From positions 13,392,001 to 13,456,000 of the forward strand of contig OZ024749.1 of assembly GCA_964016885.1 (NCBI GenBank): a stretch of 64,000 bases of DNA. Direction: 5' to 3'. A program made the translations under genes and the position numbers. The notes beneath the pieces are model-generated. The model saw only the letters and a program-made list of their open reading frames with translations. It had not been told where the DNA came from and searched no databases. Shown piece after piece: positions 43,176-59,180 of this stretch. This DNA is from Eledone cirrhosa. Lineage: Eukaryota. Every line of letters begins with the position of its first letter. Position 1 is the stretch's first letter.

Positions 43176-43784
43176 TTAGTTAAGCAAAACAAGATCACAA
43201 ATTTCACAAGGAAGACATTATTAAAAGATTGTCAACATATTTAGTTTGATGTAAGGAATGTAGAGAATAATATTAATATCAATAATAATAATGCCCGTTT
43301 AAAATTGTTTCGCTACTCCGTATAATATTTCTGGATCAGATGACTATGTATCATAATTGATCTGGTTCAGTTGAAAATAATTAACATATTTAAAAAAACA
43401 GAGTGGCTCATCGGAACTCAAAGGAATATAAATTAAAATAATGTTACATAATATAATGTTCCATATATTAGTTTTTACTATTGTGCCTTTGTTTCATCAG
43501 CTGTCAGCCATAATTAAGCAGTACTCATCTGTCGAGGCTGCATTGTGTTAGATCTGTCTATGGGTAACAAGATGGCTGCCAAAGGGCATATTTACCTTAC
43601 TAATTAGAGGGTGGTTTCAGGGGAAGTAACTTCTCGAGAGATTAGAGATTGTGTGTATTTTATAGTTAAGCGCTAGTATTTAAATTATTTAATTGAGAGA
43701 CAATGTAGGAGAGGTAACTTATAATTATCGAGTTGTTCATAGCAATTTAACTTATTAGCTACAATTATTGATGGAGCTACATGA

Positions 43785-45566
43785 CTAAGTTGGGTCAAAA
43801 ACTATATTGGCGAATATTCGATGTTGACAGCTAATGGTTACCTCAGTTCTGTCGTTAATTGGTAGAGGTCTTGATAGTTATGTAATACGCTTCCGTAACA
43901 CAGAGATCACAAGATTTCCTTCGTCCATTGAACGGTTGTGCCCTAGCTACGATATCCCATTTTAGTGAGTGTTGAACTTTGTTTAATTTAAGGTTTTTAA
44001 TGAGCCTAGCTAGCGATGTCGAACATCTGTTGCTAGGATCTCGGAAGGAAAAAGAGTGCGCGTTATAGCGTACCTTAAAAGGGTTAGAGGTAAACCCGAT
44101 GTAAGAGCTGGTATTCGAAGCAGTCTCAACTGTGCACCTATAGACTATGTTGGGTGTCAGGCAGTGTCCATTTAACGGGCATGCATTGGGGTAGCGGCAG
44201 TTGCAGTTGCTTCTGCGGTTAGTGAGAGTAGGGTTATTTAACCTAAGCAGTTGGTCCGTGCTAGAAGGATTAGATGGGGGAGGTGTGCTACTAGAGTAAT
44301 TATTGGTGTAGTGGCGAGGTGTATTTGATAGGGGTGGTGGTACCGCGGTGTGCGAGTTATAGTGTCTTAGCCTATGATGGTTACTGAACGCGATGTGGCT
44401 AGCTAGGTTAGGTGTAGTAGAGAATGATATTTTAATGTTGTTTTTATTAAAGAGTTTGTAATATCTATGGTTAGGGGGGAAGTGTTTGGATAGGATAGAG
44501 AAGAAGCGATTGGGGATATTAGTGGCTAGATTAGATGAGAATGGTGGGTTAAGCCAGGTGATATTTCTAGGCCTATTCTTTCTAGGGGTTCTAGTGGAGT
44601 TGGTAGGGGCTTTCCTAGGGTTTTATTACCTGGGGGTTTGTTATTTGTCATCCCATTTCTCATTCCTATTCTAGGGTTGATTCTTAGTTTGCTACTAGGA
44701 GTGGGGAGCAGGCCGCTGCCACCATTAATGTTCCCTGTATAGGTGCTGTTACTGCTAAAATTCCGGCGAATCTGGCTATATGCTAAGGTATTACTAGTTC
44801 TAGTGTTAATTTTATTATGGTGAGTTGCTGTGTTATGGCATTTTGGTATGTAATAAATTGATTGTTTATAACCAGATTCAGAGAGAGCCTTATTATAATA
44901 TTGTGCGTGGTTTATAAATATCTCTTCATTTGCTGATAGCATTGAGATCCTATAGGAGATAGATTTGATTACTGCTCTGATGACTGCCGGTGGGTGGTTA
45001 GAGTGTGGGCTAATATATGTGAGTATTTCGCCTGGTTTATGGTAAGGGTTATAAAGGTTATTGTTGAGATCAAGGGTGACGTCTAGGAAGTTTACTACTT
45101 TATGGTTCAGCTCGATGGTGATAGAGAGACCGTTATTTTTGAAGAATCTATGAAGTTGTTTCTTAAGCAAATCGATTCCCCGATTAGTGCAATTGTGGAC
45201 TGCAAATAGGGCGTCGTCCCTGTATATTCCACCTTGCATGGGTTGGATTTCGGCTCTGATGTTACGTAATAGGTAAATCCCAACTAAATCGGTGACTTGC
45301 GCGGAATCGCTTGAGCCCATCGTAATGTCAAAGTTATCTGTTCTATCTTTTCTAGTCCAGAGTGCTCCGTTGAATTCAATGATAGTCTGCCTAGCCATGA
45401 GTATGATGTTTATCTCATTATTGGTTATGTCCGAGTTGGTGGTTGCTAGGGCTAGTGCTTTGTTGAGCAGTTCCGGGGTTATTGACGCATAATAGCTGTC
45501 TATATCAAATTGGATGAACTCATAGATTGCTTGGACCTTAGATCGGAGAACTAGGCAGACTATCAT
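43785..45566 (-). pseudogene. Penelope-like element RT plus GIY-YIG, 5'-truncated, two frameshifts (~44600, ~43878)
   Basis: FIQFDIDSYYASI, ITMGSSDSAQVTDLVG, IYRDDAL, VNFLDVTL, SNHPP; after the shift TWLNPPF...CNCRYPNACPLNGHCL..IVY...SYIG...CDLC..E, then INDRTEVTISCQH. Confidence 0.92.
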
Positions 45567-45635
45567 TGGCTAGGCAGACTATCATTGAATTCAACGGAGC
45601 ACTCTGGACTAGAAAAGATAGAACAGATAACTTTG

Positions 45636-46214
45636 ACGGTCAAACGGAACGGTCAAACATTTTTTTTACTTCAATGACAAAGAGAACTTATTACATTTCA
45701 TACGAAACAACAATTATTCAAAAGCAACAGATAAATTTATTCAACAACAACAAAAATAGCGATAAATCTTTTCTAAAACATCTATCAACGAACGTGGAAG
45801 AAAGAAGTATCAGTTCATTTACTATACACAATAATATCCACTATGAGGTCACTAAACCTGCTAGAAACAGCAGCTAACTCTCCCCCATATCACACCCCTC
45901 CCTACTGTCTTAAATTTAGAAAACACACATTAGACAACCATGCAGAACAACTCCATCACAGCTCTGTTGTTCGGCTGGCATCGTCTACGCGCGTGTTGCG
46001 CAAGTACTGTGAAACAATAAATTTCAACACTTTTTTGCACAGAGATAATATCTATAGGCGAAACTACAATTGTCACTGCTGGCGCAGATCCTGCTTCAGC
46101 AGTCCAGGTCTGCAATTCATTCACCCAGTGCCTGGCAGACAAAAAAGTGCTGCCATAAAATGGATGGTGCAACCTAACTTCCTGACCCCGAGCAACGCCG
46201 GGCTTTAATACTAG
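45636..46214 (+). mobile_element. Helitron 3' end; left boundary uncertain
   Basis: cccgagcaacgccggg hairpin followed by CTAG-T at 46211-46215. Confidence 0.6.
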
Positions 46215-46254
46215 TATATATATATACACATATATTTATATATATATACATTTA

Positions 46255-46360
<106 letters not shown>

Positions 46361-46564
46361 TGTGTGTGTATGTGTGTGTGTGTGTGTGCGTGTGCGTGTG
46401 TGTGTGTCTGTGCCTGTTTATATATGTATATGTATACATATATGTATTTATATATGTGCCTGTGTGTGCGTGTTTGTGTGGGATGTCATGGCAGTTACTC
46501 AACGGTTGAAATGAGAATGGAACGCACTTTAGCCTTATATATTTATGTACTCAGCACTCTCCAA

Positions 46565-46715
46565 AAGACACACCACACACCAAACTCTCTACATGATAGC
46601 CACCATAAACCAAACCCGCTACATGACCCACACCACACATCAAACTCTCTACACAAAGCCCACCATAAACCAACCCCTCTACACAACCCGCACCACACAC
46701 CAAACTCTCTACACA
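46565..46715. repeat. 30/60-bp minisatellite, about 5 monomers
   Basis: caccacaca(c/t)caaactctctaca at 46571, 46631 and 46691. Confidence 0.75.
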
Positions 46716-47158
46716 GCCGCGTTATATCAAGCATCACAGCTTAAAATCTCAATAGAACCGCCATAACAAATCTTCTATACAATAGCTATCACAGCTACAC
46801 ATCATAGCTTCAATAGAATTCTCATAAGAAATTGCCATCTACGCACAGCTTAGTGTCATTTGACAGCATGAAGTACATTCTGGTATTTGTTTAATCGTCT
46901 GCTTCTGTTAACGTCGAACAATCGAGATAGAATTACGAAAGAAAATATGTGCATTGTAAGAAATCCAACTCTATCAAAATAGCAACGGAGAATCGTTTGA
47001 AAAGACAGGCAGACATTTTGTAAAGACTTTCTCTTGTTATTTCTTTCGATAATTTCTTTTCGAAGATGACACGGGTTTCGGAGGCAACGGAACTACACGT
47101 AGTAATATGTTTGGCAGGATGAGATAGAGAAACAACGTTGTCGTGGAACCGATAACTG

Positions 47159-47541
<383 letters not shown>

Positions 47542-48506
47542 CGCGTGTGTGTTGTCATATATATATTTATATTTATATATATATACAGATTAATAAATAA
47601 ATAGATAGATTGATAGTCATTTTAGTCATGTCAAAGTAGTAATTTTTCCCAGTAATTCCACCAAACATACTCCAATACTTTCATGGAAGAATTTCTCCGT
47701 GGTAGTGGTGGTGGCAATGGTGGTAGTACTAGTGGTGGTGGTAGTGGTGGTGGTGGTTGTCGTCGTCGTCGTGGCGGCGGGGGCGAGGGTTAATTTGTTG
47801 AACCGCAGCATTGAAATGGTATCAACAATAACGAGTATAACTGGGTACAGTTTCATAATGGCGGCTGTATTCCTACTCACACACGCATACACACAAACGC
47901 ACACAAATATATACATACACATACTCACACCGATACACACACATACACATACACGCACGCATACTCACACACATTCACTCATACACATTCACATATACAT
48001 ATACATACATACATTCTATCAGCTGTACGTTACTTTAATACCGCAAGGCATGCCGGGAAGAAAGGACTTCTATAAAAAAAAATGAAAAATTGAATAAAAG
48101 ACTCCATTTATCGCCAATCTTTGCAGACAAAAGCCTTGTTTAAAATAGAATTTATATTCCTAATGTCTGTAAGACTATATTTATCGCCAATCCTGTCTTA
48201 ATAAGGTTTCTCTACTCTATAGCTATATATAATGGTTTGCTATTGCTATCAGCTATTAAAGATACATCTTAGCTAAAATATTTCTCGAATTTTCTGAAGA
48301 TATTCGACTTATTTTGTGTTGATATCTTAAAGAAATTGATTTTTTTTAAATGTTTAAACATCCGGTTGGTTTAGGAAGCTCTAGATATTTGAAATATAAA
48401 ATTTGAAATGTAATTTTTCTCTCTCTATCTAGGTGTATTTATCTGCATTGGGATGACTACATTTCAAATATATACGCATATGTATGTATATAGTATATAT
48501 ATCTAT

Positions 48507-48554
<48 letters not shown>

Positions 48555-49508
48555 ATATATATATAGTTTTAGATGATCCCGCTTAGGTCGAAAGCAGAAT
48601 CTTTTTGTGGAACTAACTTATATATATATATTTGAATTTTGTATCTCTAAAGAAATAGGGTGTGTTTATAAATAAGTATTTAGAAAGCCGTAGCTATGCA
48701 AAGACACTCTCAGCTAATGCGACCTATCGGTGTCCAGCAGAAGCAAGGGGGACAATCGTCGATGTATTTCAAATTCGACTGGTTCTCGTCAGGATGATCT
48801 CTCCCGCTCCTGCAACTCCTGGACTTTGAAAACAAGCGAAAATATATACTTTTTTCGTCTGTGTAAATGAACTGATTAATCACATTTGTATATGAAGCTG
48901 CATAAGTTGGCTCAACTTATAATAGAATAGGATTAGAATTTACCTTCGAACATAGTTGTATACAAATATGTTTTTGAATTTCGTATTTCTAAAGAAATAC
49001 GGTATGTTTATAAAGAAACATTTAGAAAGCCATAGATATGCATATATATATAAGTTAGTTCCACAACAAATTTATAAGCCATATTTGAGATCACGATTTT
49101 CACCCAACGGATTCTCAACTCGAGTGAGGTTGTGCTGAAAAACGGAAGTTTATATGAGCTGACCGATCTTGCGCATGGCCGTTGACAAGGGATTTATATA
49201 GTCCAGTCTCCTTCTCAACAAGGAAGATGAAAAAATTTACCTCAACACTTAATTTTAAATCTTTAATTTTTAGTTTTTAATCCTTATTAATTCTCTTTAA
49301 TTGTAATACTCAACATTTGATAAGATGACTTTTGCTAATACATCGAAACAGGTAATACTTTATATACTTTATAAAACTCTTTTTAAAAAGAATTGTCCCT
49401 CTCATTTTTTCAATAATGTCATCTTTTCAGTATTGTCACTTTGACGAATCGGAAAAAAAGAAAAACAGACCCTAAAATATATTTTCCGTGCTATTTCCAA
49501 TCTCCCCT

Positions 49509-49634
<126 letters not shown>

Positions 49635-50302
49635 GGGGGGGGGGGGTCCGGCATTAAATAACAACACAACATGTCTTCTGAATCAGGACGGGCCTGGGGT
49701 TAAGGAACGACAAAATAAAAGACATAAAAAACAACAACATAAACATCATAACCAATAACAACAACAACAACAGTGACATCTTTCTGATAACTATCAAAGG
49801 GTGGGTGGTAGGTGATGGTAAAGGCCTGAGGGGCGGAGTTTGGAGTATGTGATGGTGAAGGGTGGCGGGAGAGATTAAGGGTGTGTGGTGGTGAAGGAGG
49901 TGGATTTCGGGGTATATGATGGGGATTTGTTTAAGGTATGTGAAGGTGATAAGTGAAGAAGTGTGTCGGGGTATTAAAGATTGGGGTGAGGTTGGGACGA
50001 AGTGATGAAACATGTATGTGATGCTGTTGGGGAGGGGGGGGGGGGGGTATGTGGAAGTGGTGAAGTGTGCGATGGTGATGATGATGTAGTATTGTGGTGT
50101 TGATGGTGGTGGTATGATGTAGTGTGATGGTGGGGTAATGTGATGGTAGGGGTTAAACAGTGTCGTGGTGATGGTGGTTCTGCTAATGGTGGGGTGGTGA
50201 CGATAATGGCGGTGCTGGTCTCGATGGTGGTATGTAGTGGAAGATGGTATAGCTATACAACGTGCAAAGCCTCTTGTAATTCCTCTACAAATGGTTATAA
50301 GA

Positions 50303-51425
50303 ATACCAGACTTAACCAAGAGATAGAAGTATCTACCACAATACCAGACTTAACCAAGAGATAGAAGTATCTACCACAATATCAGACCTAACCAAGTGAT
50401 AGAAGTGTCTACCACAATACCAGACTTAACCAAGAGATAGAAGTATCTACTACAATACCAGACCTAACCAAGTGATAGAAGTGTCTACCACAATACCAGA
50501 CTTAACCAAGAGATAGAAGTATCTACTACAATACCAGACCTAACCAAGTGATAGAAGTGTCTACCACAATACCAGACTTAACCAAGAGATAGAAGTGACT
50601 ACAGGAATACCAGACCTAACCAAGTGATAAAAATGTCTACCACAAAACCGGACATAACCAAGAGATAGAAGTGACTACAGGAATACCAGACGTAACCAAG
50701 TGATAGAAGTGTCTAGAATATTACCGGACATAACCAAGAGATAGAAGTGACTACAGGAATACCAGACGTAACCAAGTGATAGAAGTGTCTAGAATATTAC
50801 CGGACATAACCAAGAGATAGAAGTGACTACAGGAATACCAGACGTAACCAAGTGATAGAAGTGTCTAGAATATTACCGGACATAACCAAGAGATAGAAGT
50901 GACTACAAGAATACCAGACGTAACCAAGTGATAGAAGTGTCTAGAATATTACCGGACATAACCAAGAGATAGAAGTGACTACAGGAATACCAGACGTAAC
51001 CAAGTGATAGAAGTGTCTAGAATATTACCGGACATAACCAAGAGATAGAAGTGACTACAGGAATACCAGACGTAACCAAGTGATAGAAGTGTCTAGAATA
51101 TTACCGGACATAACCAAGAGATAGAAGTGACTACAAGAATACCAGACGTAACCAAGTGATAGAAGTGTCTAGAATATTACCGGACATAACCAAGAGATAG
51201 AAGTGACTACAGGAATACCAGACGTAACCAAGTGATAGAAGTGTCTAGAATATTACCGGACATAACCAAGAGATAGAAGTGACTACAGGAATACCAGACG
51301 TAACCAAGTGATAGAAGTGTCTAGAATATTACCGGACATAACCAAGAGATAGAAGTGACTACAGGAATACCAGACGTAACCAAGTGATAGAAGTGTCTAG
51401 AATATAACCGGACATAACCAAGAGA
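50303..51425. repeat. 38-bp minisatellite (~29 units) becoming a 76-bp dimer
   Basis: ataccagacttaaccaagagatagaagtatctaccaca, period 38. Confidence 0.95.
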
Positions 51426-51723
51426 TGTTGGTGACTCCATGTCTCCAGAGATATTTCTACTTCTGTCAGCTGCTCTCGTTATTTAACAGGACACCACCAA
51501 CAACAACAACAACAACACTATCAGCACTACTACTGCTGTCAACACTCCCGACACTAACACCAACCCCAACACCACGACCACCACCACCACCGCCACTGCT
51601 AGCAGCAAATCCAATACCACCACCGACACCATAATATTCCCTAAAACTACTGTTAACACCACTACCACCACCATCAACAACAACAACACCAACACCACTG
51701 TGTGTATATATATATATATATAT

Positions 51724-52438
<715 letters not shown>

Positions 52439-52591
52439 AGGAAAAAAGATGAAATCGAAAATGCAACTGGAGTCTTTTTTTTTTTAATATATATATATTT
52501 ATTTGGTTCCTTTGCCGGTTTCGCAGTTCTTCTGCTTTTCAAAAGTAGAGTTAAGATGGAAAGTCTGTGGTTTTTCTCATATATATATATA

Positions 52592-53058
52592 TATCACCTT
52601 GATCACCTTGACCGACCAGTCTGTCGGGCGTCCATTCAACGCCGCTGGTCACAGCACGCCGTCCATTCCTCTCTGGATCGTGCTTTCCTCATCCATGTAG
52701 TCCCAATCATATTCCTAAAATCGTAACTCCACCTTCGTGGAGGCCTTCCGAGTGGTTGTTTCCGCTCGCGCGGGTACCACTCTGCAACTGTGCGAGTTCA
52801 CCGATTATCGGTGAACCGGGTGACGTGTCCAGCCCATTTGAACTTGCTGCGCATATATTCCGTGATGACGTCCCTCACGCCGGACTTCTGTCTGATGACT
52901 TCACTCCTGATGTGCTCTCTCAAAGAGATTCCTAGCATTGATCTCTCCATGGCTCTCAGCCGTTACCAGCCTCTGCTCTTCTCTCTTCGTTGTAGCCCAA
53001 GTTTCACTGCCATATAACATTGCATGTAAAATTGTGCTATTGAAGAGGTTGGCGCTGT
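52592..53058 (-). pseudogene. Second RTE-clade LINE 3' fragment with (tcaaggtga) tail
   Basis: Minus strand MLYGSETWATTK...AMERSMLGISLREHIRSEVIR...KWAGHVTR...GRPPRRW. Confidence 0.85.
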
Positions 53059-54010
53059 ATGTCATTATGGTGCCCCAACGACTCTGTTAGGATTTAAAGG
53101 ACCATGCACACACACACACATATATATATATACATACATACACACACACTCACTCACTCACTCACTCATATACACACACACACACACACACATACACACA
53201 TATATATATATATATACAGAGAGAGAGAGAGAGAGAGATGTACATGCTAATATGCAAATGTAAATGCAGGCACATGCACGCACCCACCCACACACCCACT
53301 CTCTCACACATACAGACACAGATACATGAAACCTGATGCTTGTGTCACCTCATATTTGCCTGTGTGTATGTGTATTCGTGTGTCTGTGTGTGTGTTCTTG
53401 TGTGTATGTGTGTATGAGCGTATATGTGTTTTTCTGTCTCTGTGTGTGTATGTATGTATGTGTGTGTGTGTGTTCTTGTGTGTATATGTGTTTTGCTGTC
53501 TCTGTGTGTGTGTATATGTGTGAGTGTGTGTGTGTGTGTGTTCTTATGAGTAATTTTTCATAAAGTACTTTCCCTACATTTTATTGCATGTGTGTGTTTG
53601 TGTGCGTATGTAATTGTGTGTATTCGTGTGTTTGTGTCTGTGTGTTCTTGTGTGTATGAGCATATGTGTATTTGTATATCTCTGTGTATGTGTGTATGTG
53701 TATGTATGTATGTTTTATGTGTGTATGTGTGTGTGTGTATGTTTGAGTGTATGTTCGTGTGTGCTCTTGTGTGTGTGTGTGTGTGTGTCCATGTGTAAAT
53801 GTGTATATGTGTGTGTATGTGTGTGTATGTCTGTGTGTGTTCTTGTGTGTGTGTGTGTATGTGTGTGTATGTACGTGTGTGTATGTGTGTGTATGTGTGT
53901 GTATGTACGTGTGTGTATGTGTATGTATGTTTGTGTGTTGTTTGTCATTTTTCATAAAGTACTTTCTCGACACTTTATTTCAAATGTAAAAAAGACTGAG
54001 GTTTCGTTTT

Positions 54011-54489
54011 GGTTTAATGTCTTGCTTGGTGTTGATCTGAGCCAGGGTTTCATCTTTAGCTCTGGTTTAATGTATTGCTTGGTGTTGATCTGAGCCAGGG
54101 TTTCATCTTTAGCTCTGGTTTAATGTATTGCTTGGTGTTGATCTGAGCCAGGGTTTCATCTTTAGCTCTGGTTTAATGTATTGCTTGGTGTTGATCTGAG
54201 CCAGGGTTTCATCTTTAGCTCTGGTTTAATGTATTGCTTGGTGTTGATCTGAGCCAGGGTTTCATCTTTAGCTCTGGTTTAATGTATTGCTTGGTGTTGA
54301 TCTGAGCCAGGGTTTCATCTTTAGCTCTGGTTTAATGTATTGCTTGGTGTTGATCTGAGCCAGGGTTTCATCTTTAGCTCTGGTTTAATGTATTGCTTGG
54401 TGTTGATCTGAGCCAGGGTTTCATCTTTAGCTCAGGTTTAATGTATTGCTTGGTGTTGATCTGAGCCAGGGTTTCATCTTTAGCTCAGG
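54011..54489. repeat. 53-bp minisatellite, 9 nearly identical copies
   Basis: ggtttaatgtattgcttggtgttgatctgagccagggtttcatctttagctct. Confidence 0.95.
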
Positions 54490-54944
54490 AATTTGACATT
54501 ATTTCACTCCCAAAGACAACCAACAATATTCCAGGAATTTGCCAAATAAATGCCATCGTACCAGCTTTTTGGTGTGGACGGGTTTAGTTTTTGGTCTAAA
54601 ACAATTCTATTTAGCGGGTAGCATTCCTAAGATGGCAGGCTATAGAAAAAAAGAAAATTAATCTTTCTTGATAGTATTATTGTTGTTGTTGTTGGTGGTG
54701 GTGGTGGTGGTGGTGGTGGTGGTGGTGGTGATGGTGGTGGTGTTACTATTGTTGTTGTTGCTGTTGTTGTTTTGCTTCTGTTGTTGGTGGTGATCGTGGT
54801 GGTGCTATTGCTGTTGTTGTTGGTGGTGTTGTGGTGTTGTTACTATTGCTGTTGTTGTTGGTGGTGCTGTGGTGTTGTTACTATTGCTGTTGTTGTTGCT
54901 ATTGTTGTTCTTACTTTTGTTGTTATAAATGTACTAGCAGCAGC

Positions 54945-54995
<51 letters not shown>

Positions 54996-55050
54996 TATTG
55001 TTGTTGTTGTGGAATGGAGATCATGGGACTATTTTTTCACAATGGTGGGG

Positions 55051-57190
55051 CAATGTTGTCTCAGTTGTGCCGCAGTGGTGTCTCAGTTGTGCCGCAATGG
55101 TGTCTCAGTTGTGCCGCAATGATGTCTCAGTTGTACCGCAATGATGTCTCAGTTGTGCCGCAATGGTGTCTCAGTTGTGCCGCAATGTTGTCTCAGTTGT
55201 GCCGCAATGATGTCTCAGTTGTGCCGCAATGATGTCTCAGTTGTGCCGCAATGGTGTCTCAGTTGTACCGCAATGATGTCTCAGTTGTACCGCAATGATG
55301 TCTCAGTTGTGCCGCAATGATGTCTCAGTTGTGTCCCAGTGGCGTCTCAGTTGTGCCACATTGGTGTCTCAGTTGTGCCGCAATGTCGTCTCGGTTGTGC
55401 CGCAATGTTGTCTCAGTTGTACCGCAGTGGTGTCTCAGTTGTGCCGCAATGATGTCTCAGTTGTGGCGCAGTGGCGTCTCAGTTGTGCCACAATGATGTC
55501 TCAGTTGTGCCACAGTGACGTCTCAGTTGTGCCGCAATGATGTCTCAGTTGTGCCACAATGTTGTCTCAGTTGTACCGCAATGATACTCAGTTGTGCCGC
55601 AATGATGTCTCAGGTGTGCGCCAGTGACGTCTCAGTTGTGCCACAGTGGTGTCTCAGTTGTGCCGCAATGTCGTCTCAGTTGTGCCGCAATGTTGTCTCA
55701 GTTGTACCGCAGTGGTGTCTCAGTTGTGCCGCAATGTTGTCTCAGTTGTACCGCAGTGGTGTCTCAGTTGTGCCGCAATGATGTCTCAGTTGTGCCGCAG
55801 TGGCGTCTCAGTTGTGCCGCAATGTTGTCTCAGTTGTACTGCTGTGGTGTCTCAGTTGTGCCGCAATGATGTCTCAGTTGTGCCACAATGTTGTCTCAGT
55901 TGTACCGCAATGATGTCTCAGTTGTGCCGCAATGATGTCTCAGTTGTGCGTCAGTGGCGTCTCAGTTGTGCCGCAATGATGTCTCAGTTGTGCCACAGTG
56001 GCGTCTCAGTTGTGCCGCAATGATGGTTCAGTTGTGCCGCAATGATGTCTCAGTTGTGCCACAGTGGCGTCTCAGTTGTGCCACAATGTTGTTTCAGTTG
56101 TGCCCCAGTGGTGTCTCAGTTGTGCCGCAGTGGTGTCTCAGTTGTGCCCCAGTGGCGTCTCAGTTGTGCCGCAATGGTGTCTCAGTTGTGCCGCAGTGGC
56201 GTCTCAGTTGTGCCGCATTGGTGTCTCAGTTGTGCCGCAATGGCTTCTCAGATGTGCCGCAATGTTGTCTCAGTTGTGCCGCAGTGACGTCTCAGTTGTG
56301 CCGCAATTGGGTCTCGGTTGTGCCGCAATGTTGTCTCAGTTTTGCCGCAGTGGCCTCTCAGTTGTGCCGCAATGTTGTCTCAGTTGTGCCGCAGTGGTGT
56401 CTCAGTTGTGCCGCAATGTTGTCCCAGTTGTGCCGCAGTGGTGTCTCAGTTGTGCCGCAATTGGGTCTCAGTTGTGTCGCAATGTTGTCTCAGTTGTACC
56501 GCAATGTTGTCTTAGTTGTGCCGCAGTGGTGTCTCAGCTGTGCCGCAATGTTGTCTCAGTTGTGCCGCAGTGGTGACTCAGTTGTGCCGCAATGGTGTCT
56601 CAGTTGTGCCGCAATGTTGTCTCAGTTGTGCCGCAATGTTGTCTCAGTTGTGCCGCAATGTTGTCTCAGTTGTGCCGCAATGGTGACTCAGTTGTGCTGC
56701 AATGTTGTCTCAGTTGTGCCGCAATTGTGTCTCAGTTGTGCCGCAATGTTGTCTCAGTTGTGCCGCAATGTTGTCTTAGTTGTGCCGCAGTGGTGTCTCA
56801 GTTGTGCCGCAGTGGTGTCTCAGTTGTGCCGCAATGTTGTCTCAGTTGTGCCGCAGTGGTGTCTCAGTTGTGCCGCAATGTTGTCTCAGTTGTGCCGCAG
56901 TGGTGTCTCAGTTGTGCCGCAATGATGTCTCAGTTGTGCCGCAATGTTGTCTCAGTTGTGCCGCAGTGGTGTCTCAGTTGTGCCACATTGGTGTCTCAGT
57001 TGTGCCGCAATAGCATCTCAGTTGTGCCGCAGTGGTGTCTCAGTTGTGCCGCAATTGGGTCTCAGTTGTGTCGCAGTGGTGTCTCAGTTGTGCCACATTG
57101 GTGTCTCAGTTGTGCCGCAATAGCATCTCAGTTGTGCCGCAGTGGTGTCTCAGTTGTGCCGCAATTGGGTCTCAGTTGTGTCGCAGTGGT
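55051..57190. repeat. 22-bp satellite, ~97 copies (ca[a/g]tgNtgtctcagttgtgccg)
   Basis: Direct reading; flanked by (GTT/GGT/GTA)n tracts. Confidence 0.96.
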
Positions 57191-57859
57191 GGATGTGATG
57201 GGGAGAGGTGGGTATGGTGGGAGAGGTGGGTATGGTGTTTGTGGTGGCGATGATGGTGGTGATGATGGTGGTGATGTTGGTGATGATGGTGGTGTTTGGT
57301 GGTGGTGGTGGTGGTGATGATGGTGGTGTTGGTGGTGGTGGTGGTGGTGGTGGTGGTGGTGGTGGTGGTGGTGGTGATGGTGGTGGATGTGATGGGGGTA
57401 GGTGTTTTTGATGGTGTTGGTGGTGGGGACAAGAATAACTGTGCCGCAATGGTGTGGTATTAGTGTCACCATGGTGTCGCTAACTCCCCCCCCCCACCAC
57501 CACCACCACAACAACAACAACAAACACTGCAGTGATTCTATCTATACACATCAACATTGTTATTTCAATTCAATCAATCAGTGTTGCTTGGCAACCAAAC
57601 ATGGTTGTTAGCGATTTCCAATATTTGAATATTGGTTAAAGTGAGCTTCTGTAATTAATCAATGATGTTTGTTGATCATTCAGTTCGATAATTCCTCGAG
57701 TTGGAGATCAGTAATGTACAACACTAATAACATTCATACCATCAGGTTTTACAACCTAACAGTGAAGGAATCGCTAGAAATTGTCATATAATTGATCGAT
57801 AGATCGATCGAAAATTAGTTTGATTTCACTACACACATATCTGATCATGTGATATTATT

Positions 57860-58475
57860 GGATTGGCAGTATCGGTAGAGGGTCTGACGTCATGCATTGA
57901 CGCATAGAGTTACGGCCCTTGCCATTCTGTGTTCAAATCCCGCCGAGGTTAACTTTGCCTTTCATCCTTATGGGGTCGATAAAATAAAGTACCAGTAATA
58001 CACTGGAAAATTTCTGGCCTTGTGTCAAAAGTAGAAACAATTATTACTCATATATAGCGCCGTTGATCAGTTGTAATCGGTAGAGCGTCGAGTAACATGC
58101 CTTGTGGCATAGAGTTATGGCTCTTTACGTTCTGAGTTCAAATCCCGCCGAGGTTAGCTTTGCCTTTCACCCATACGGGGTCGATAAAGTAAAGTACCAG
58201 TAATGTACTGGGGTCGATCTCATTGACTTTCCCCTCCCCTAAAATCTTTGGTCATGTACCTAAATCAGAAACCATTTTCAAGAATGGTAGATTGGTAGTA
58301 TCGGTAGAATGTTGGACTAGGTTGCGTGTTGCGTTCTTGAGCAAAACACTTCATTTCACGTTGCTGCAGTATACTCAGCTGAAAATGAGTTCCAGTAATA
58401 GCTGGAGGTTTAATCCTGCGATGGACTGGCGTCCTGTCCAGGGGGGAGTCTTGTACTCTCAGTTGCTTCACGTCA
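57860..58475 (+). mobile_element. SINE cluster: two family A copies (57860-58045, 58056-58275) and a CORE/V-like copy (58312-58475)
   Basis: Homology to other copies in the window. Confidence 0.8.
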
Positions 58476-58711
58476 GGTAGCCTTCTGGCTTATGACAGAC
58501 TTTAGTGAAATACTGGGGTTGATATAATTCACATCCTCCCCCCACCTAACTTGCTGGACTTAGTAACAATTATCTCAGACGCATTACTTCCTATATCAAA
58601 CCTTTTTTACAACAAATATCTGGGTTTGTTTTTACTCCAGAGCACATCCTAGCTGGGAAGTGTGAAATTGTTGATGGCTTGGTCTATAGCACGATCTCGC
58701 TGAAATGACTC

Positions 58712-58758
<47 letters not shown>

Positions 58759-58942
58759 CTACACACACATAAATCTACATACACACACACATATATATAC
58801 ACACAAACCTACACACACACACAAACCTACACACACACACACAAACTTACACACACACAGACACACACATAAACCTACACACACACACAAACCTACACAC
58901 ACACACACACACACAAACCTACACACACAGACACACACAAAC

Positions 58943-58980
<38 letters not shown>

Positions 58981-59037
58981 CTACACACACACACACACAC
59001 ACACACAAACCTACACACCCACACATATATATATATA

Positions 59038-59180
59038 TAATTTGTTGGGATTCAACTAGCTTAAAAGTTTTATAACTGATATAAAGCAGTCAACAAATAA
59101 CTTCAGTAAACTGTTGAGTGCTTTATATCAGTTATAAAACTTTTAAGCTTGTTGAATCCCAACAAATTAAATATGACTTT

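Noticed and set aside
43480-43540. HHR in the 3' region of the second PLE (CTGATGAAAC / CAGATGA...GAAAC)
   Set aside because: Could not build consistent stems I-III
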